NCBI GenBank assembly: GCA_964648715.1
Contig: CAZYNM010000001.1
Coordinates: 16,040-80,039, forward strand
From: an uncultured Pseudomonadales bacterium
Lineage (GTDB): Bacteria > Patescibacteriota > Microgenomatia > UBA1400 > PJMF01
Direction of reading: 5' to 3'
Length of the DNA: 64,000 bases
The notes below the pieces were generated by a model. It was not told where the DNA came from. It searched no databases and saw only the letters and a list, made by a program, of their open reading frames with translations. A program made the position numbers and the translations under genes. Shown here piece by piece: positions 59,933-64,000 of this stretch; position 1 is the stretch's first letter, and each line of letters starts with the position of its first letter.

Positions 59933-61204
59933 ATGTTTGATTCGCATATAGTTCGGCGGGACTTTCCACTTTTTGCACAACCAGTCCACCAAGGTTTGGT
60001 GTATCTTGACAGTGCTGCTACTAGCCAGAAACCCCAGGTAGTCTTGGATGCCATTGCTGACTACTACCGTACTAGCACTGCCAACGTACACCGTGGTGTT
60101 CACACACTCTCGGATGCCAGCACGCATGTCTGGGAAGAAAGCAGGAAAACAATAGCCCATTTTTTTGGTGCTATGCCGCAAGAACTTATCATAACGCGGA
60201 ACACCACCGAGGCACTCAATGGTGTGGCGTACGGGTGGGGAGATGCGCATCTTAAACCTGGAGACGTAATCCTCACAACGTTACTAGAACATCACGCCAA
60301 TATTGTGCCATGGCAGCAACTATGTGCCCGCACTGGTGCAGAACTGGTATTTGTACCGGTTGTGCCACAGACAGGTAGGGTTGCCTGGGACACCTTTGAA
60401 GAACTGCTTAAGCAGTATGGTGCCCGTATACGGTTGGTTGCATGTACGCATGTTTCAAATACGCTGGGCACCCTGGTGCCTGTGGATAAATTGGTTGCAC
60501 TTGTTCGCGCAACGTGTAGTGGAGACAGTCCACGCATCTTGATTGATGGCGCACAAGCAGCTCCGCATATTCCGGTTAATTTCGATGCACTAGGCGTTGA
60601 TTTCTATGCCTTTAGTGGCCATAAGATGCTTGGTCCCATGGGCAGTGGAGGGCTGCTAGTACGGTCAAAGTTACTAGAGTCCGGAGAAATGCAGCCATGG
60701 TTTTTTGGTGGAGGAATGATTGCAGAAGTGCACACAACCGGTACCCAGCTCCATCCAGATCCACAAGAACGATTCACCGCAGGCACACCTGATGTGGCAA
60801 GTGCTGCAGGTCTAGCTGCAGCCTGCAACTATCTTACTGCTCTCGATATGAAAGAAGTTGCCAAACATGATGCCCAGTTGGTGACATATGCCACTCAGCA
60901 GTTACACGCAGCTCCTGGTGTGCAGCTAGTTGGTCCTTTGCCAACAGCGGCAGATAGTATTTTTGATCGCTGTGGGTCAGTGGCGTTTGTATATACAGGG
61001 GTCCATGCGCATGATGTTGCACAAGTACTTGATAGTGAAGGTATTGCGGTACGCAGTGGTCACCACTGCACCATGCCGCTTCATGAAGCATGTGGTTGGC
61101 AAGCAACGGTGCGTGCAAGCTTCTCTGTGTACACCACCACAGAAGATATTGATGCGCTCTGTGCAGGACTCAAGAAAGTAGCGCAGGTATTTGGTACGCC
61201 ATGA
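59933..61204 (+). CDS. sufS: Cysteine desulfurase SufS
   Basis: YLDSAATSQKP, ANVHRG, EHHAN, DGAQ, FSGHKM, RSGHHC. Confidence 0.95.
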   Translation: MFDSHIVRRDFPLFAQPVHQGLVYLDSAATSQKPQVVLDAIADYYRTSTANVHRGVHTLSDASTHVWEESRKTIAHFFGAMPQELIITRNTTEALNGVAYGWGDAHLKPGDVILTTLLEHHANIVPWQQLCARTGAELVFVPVVPQTGRVAWDTFEELLKQYGARIRLVACTHVSNTLGTLVPVDKLVALVRATCSGDSPRILIDGAQAAPHIPVNFDALGVDFYAFSGHKMLGPMGSGGLLVRSKLLESGEMQPWFFGGGMIAEVHTTGTQLHPDPQERFTAGTPDVASAAGLAAACNYLTALDMKEVAKHDAQLVTYATQQLHAAPGVQLVGPLPTAADSIFDRCGSVAFVYTGVHAHDVAQVLDSEGIAVRSGHHCTMPLHEACGWQATVRASFSVYTTTEDIDALCAGLKKVAQVFGTP

Positions 61205-61578
61205 CAGCAGATACACTCTATACCACTGATCTTTTAGAAGAGTATCGCGAGCCGCAAAACAAGGTGGTTCTGCCGGATGCTGACATGGTTCAAGCACAGT
61301 TTAACGCCAGCTGTGGTGATGACGTAACGGTGTATGTCAAACTCCAAAGCAACAAAACCCATATTGAAAAGGTTACTTGGCAGGGCAGTGGTTGTGTGAT
61401 TAGTCAGGTGACATTAAGTAAACTGAGTGCGTTTGTGGTAGGTAAAGAAGTGTCCGCAGTGCTTGAGCTAAAACAAACTGATTTGTTGAGCTTGCTTGGT
61501 ATGTCAGAAATTAGCTATGGTCGAGAGAAGTGCTTGCTGCTGGGACTGCGTGCTCTGCAGCAAGCTGTGGAGAAGTAG
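61201..61578 (+). CDS. sufU: SufU sulfur-transfer/scaffold protein
   Basis: NASCGDD, GSGCVISQ, REKC. Confidence 0.9.
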   Translation: MTADTLYTTDLLEEYREPQNKVVLPDADMVQAQFNASCGDDVTVYVKLQSNKTHIEKVTWQGSGCVISQVTLSKLSAFVVGKEVSAVLELKQTDLLSLLGMSEISYGREKCLLLGLRALQQAVEK

Positions 61579-61630
61579 TCTTGATCGTGGTATAGTCAGC
61601 TTAATTTTCCTGAAAGAGGAGGTTTTGTCT

Positions 61631-64000
61631 ATGTCAAATTCTTCGCAATATGGACGAGTTTTTGATGAATTCACAAATCTATACCCTGTATCTAAAACAC
61701 TCCGTTTTGAACTTGTCCCTGATCCAGCCTCCCTTGAACACATGAAGACTAGATTTGGATATGATCCTGAAATTCAAGCTTTCTTGTGTGACAAAGAAAT
61801 TGAAGATGCATATCAAAGACTCAAACCAGTTTTAGATAAAATTCACGAGCAGTTTATTACTGAAAGTCTAACTTCCAATGACGTAAAGAAAATTGATTTT
61901 TCTGAATATTTTAAGACTTTTTTTGAAATAAAAGAGAGTAAAAAAGGTGATCTTAAAAAGGTAGAAAGTCAGCTCCGCAAACAAATTGGAGATGCTTTTG
62001 TTAGCACATCCATTGCTTGGAAGCCTAAAGCAGGTAATAACTCAAAAGGCAAACCAATTTTGAGTGACAATGGCTACAAAATTTTGACTGAAAAGGGAAT
62101 ACTCAAGTATATTGAAATTCATGCTGATGATTTTGTTGACATCCTTGATAAGGATACATTACTAAAGATATTGGAACAATTTAGTGACTTTTTCACATAT
62201 TTCTCAGGATTTAGCCAAAATAGAGAAAATTACTATACCACTAAAGACGAAAAGGAAACTGCGGTAGCTACGCGTATAGTTTCAGTGAATCTTCCTAAAT
62301 TTTGCGACAATATTGTAGCTTTTCAAGAAAGAACACAAGAATACCTCGAAATATCTAATTACTTAGAGAATATTGGTGTTAACTTAGTTGATCTACAAAA
62401 AAACAAATTAGAACCAGTTGCAAAGGAATTATTTGTAATAGAACATTTTTCGAATTGCTTATCTCAACAGGAAATAGATATTTATAACGAAAAAATAGGG
62501 AAAGTAAATTTACTTGTCAATTTGTACAATCAAAATAAAAAGAGTCAAAAGAATGAATTTAAGAAATTACCGCAGTTTAAAACACTGTATAAACAGATTG
62601 GATGTGGAAAGAGAAAAGTAACATTTGAGCAAATTACAGATTATTCTGAGAGAGAAGCTCAAGAAAAACGTGCTCAGAAGAAGCAAGCATTATCTGTTGA
62701 GGCTGTTTTGAACACAGTTGTAAATGCAGGAAATAAATATTTTAAAATACCATCTACAGATGGGATGGTGCATTCTGTCCTAGATTTTGTGAAGTATCTT
62801 AGAGAAGCAAATTCATATGAAGGAATTTATATAACAAAGACTGCACTTAATTCCATATCAGGAAAGTATTTTAATCAATGGGATGTACTACAAAAAGCTT
62901 TGGTTAAATCAGGTGTATTTGCTACAGACAAAAAATCAGAGGATGGATTTAGAATACCTGCAGCTATTGAACTTTCTGCTTTATTTGAAGTAATCAATAC
63001 AGTTGAGGATTGGAAAGTATCATTCTTTAAGCCTGCAGTATTGAAAGATTCAGTGAAAGCAAAGTTGATTGAATCAAGTGCATCTGCAGCAAGTGCATTG
63101 CTAGCATGTATTTTTTCAGATCTAGAGCAAGCAGTCTCAAAGTTTATTGAAAATCAAAGTGCCGTTCTAGAATCAGCTGACTTCAAAAGTGTTGAAAGAA
63201 AAGAGGTGATTAAGAATTGGCTAGATCAAATGCTTGTCATCAGCCAAATCGTTAAGTACTTCTCAGTTAAAGAAAAAGATGTAAAGGGTAAGTCACTTGA
63301 TCCATTAGTCGCAGAATTTATGAAAAACTTTTTTGAAGGTGATGCGCACTGGTCATCTTGGTATGACTTAATTCGCAATTTCATGACTAGAAAAGTGCAA
63401 GATAGAGCTAATGACAAGGCAAATAGAATGAAGTTGAACTTCGGAAATAGCACACTTGCCGATGGCTGGGATGTTAATAAAGAACCAAGTAATTATTGTG
63501 TTTTACTAAAGAATCCAAACGGAAAATACCATCTAGCTATAATTTCAAAATCAAATGGTAAACAAACGAATGCTAATACATTTGTAAAAAATAGCAAAAA
63601 CCCACTATACATTGTGAGAGATGTAAGCAATGTCTGGCAAAAAATGGAGTATAAACTTTTACCTGGCCCAAATAAAATGTTGCCTAAATGCTTATTACCA
63701 AAATCAAACATTAAAAAATATGGAGCGTCTAACGAAGTAATTGATATATATAATTCAGGTGCATTCAAAAAGAATGAGTCTAATTTTTCAATTAGTAAAC
63801 TTCATATCCTAATTGATTTCTATAAACAGGCAATAAGAAAATATACTGATTGGCAATGTTTTAACTTCAACTTTTTACACACAGAAAAATATACTGATAT
63901 TAGTGAGTTTTATCATGATGTTGAAAAGGCTGGTTACATAGTTAATTTTGTATCAATAAGTGGTGAGCACCTAAATAAGTTAGTTAATGAAGGAAAAATC
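61631..64000 (+). CDS. cas12a: Type V-A CRISPR effector Cas12a (Cpf1), first 790 codons; runs off the window end
   Basis: Manual translation gives MSNSSQYGRVFDEFTNLYPVSKTLRFELVP, FFTYFSGFSQNRENYY, TAVATRIVSVNLPKFCDN, LYKQIGCG, KLNFGNSTLADGWDVNKE, KMEYKLLPGPNKMLPK, all in one frame. SD AGAGGAGG upstream. Absent from the ORF track because there is no stop in the window. Confidence 0.95.
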   Translation, partial: MSNSSQYGRVFDEFTNLYPVSKTLRFELVPDPASLEHMKTRFGYDPEIQAFLCDKEIEDAYQRLKPVLDKIHEQFITESLTSNDVKKIDFSEYFKTFFEIKESKKGDLKKVESQLRKQIGDAFVSTSIAWKPKAGNNSKGKPILSDNGYKILTEKGILKYIEIHADDFVDILDKDTLLKILEQFSDFFTYFSGFSQNRENYYTTKDEKETAVATRIVSVNLPKFCDNIVAFQERTQEYLEISNYLENIGVNLVDLQKNKLEPVAKELFVIEHFSNCLSQQEIDIYNEKIGKVNLLVNLYNQNKKSQKNEFKKLPQFKTLYKQIGCGKRKVTFEQITDYSEREAQEKRAQKKQALSVEAVLNTVVNAGNKYFKIPSTDGMVHSVLDFVKYLREANSYEGIYITKTALNSISGKYFNQWDVLQKALVKSGVFATDKKSEDGFRIPAAIELSALFEVINTVEDWKVSFFKPAVLKDSVKAKLIESSASAASALLACIFSDLEQAVSKFIENQSAVLESADFKSVERKEVIKNWLDQMLVISQIVKYFSVKEKDVKGKSLDPLVAEFMKNFFEGDAHWSSWYDLIRNFMTRKVQDRANDKANRMKLNFGNSTLADGWDVNKEPSNYCVLLKNPNGKYHLAIISKSNGKQTNANTFVKNSKNPLYIVRDVSNVWQKMEYKLLPGPNKMLPKCLLPKSNIKKYGASNEVIDIYNSGAFKKNESNFSISKLHILIDFYKQAIRKYTDWQCFNFNFLHTEKYTDISEFYHDVEKAGYIVNFVSISGEHLNKLVNEGKI

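Noticed and set aside
59896-60054. Apparent 180-nt overlap of the ATP-grasp and sufS ORFs
   Set aside because: Artefact of longest-ORF starts; internal ATGs at 59895 (-) and 59933 (+) remove it.
63226-63768. Two short minus-strand ORFs in the last 2.4 kb
   Set aside because: Antisense shadows of cas12a.

Overview
Bacterial chromosomal window whose gene content and style (compact, reduced housekeeping proteins, many orphan ORFs, frequent promoters directly abutting start codons) point to a Patescibacteria/CPR, probably Microgenomates-like, genome; this is an inference. The backbone is housekeeping: 3' end of a class II ribonucleotide reductase, tsaC-tsaE fusion and tsaD, yidC, groESL, two CAU tRNAs, ftsH, hrcA-grpE-dnaK...dnaJ with four CIRCE boxes, nusA-infB-rpsO...pnp, sod and a fragmented suf cluster. 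Three accessory elements stand out. (1) A five-gene operon at 910-10051: giant membrane protein, small acidic protein, HD plus putative ADP-ribosyltransferase protein, macrodomain protein and papain-like peptidase; the two enzymes share an unrecognised duplicated N-terminal domain. This is the best candidate for an undescribed system. (2) A three-gene membrane cassette next to the initiator tRNA that ends in a textbook type III hammerhead ribozyme (20071-20121). (3) The first 790 codons of an AT-rich cas12a (cpf1) gene, missing from the ORF track because it runs off the window end; no CRISPR array is visible. All calls come from reading motifs by eye; no searches were run.
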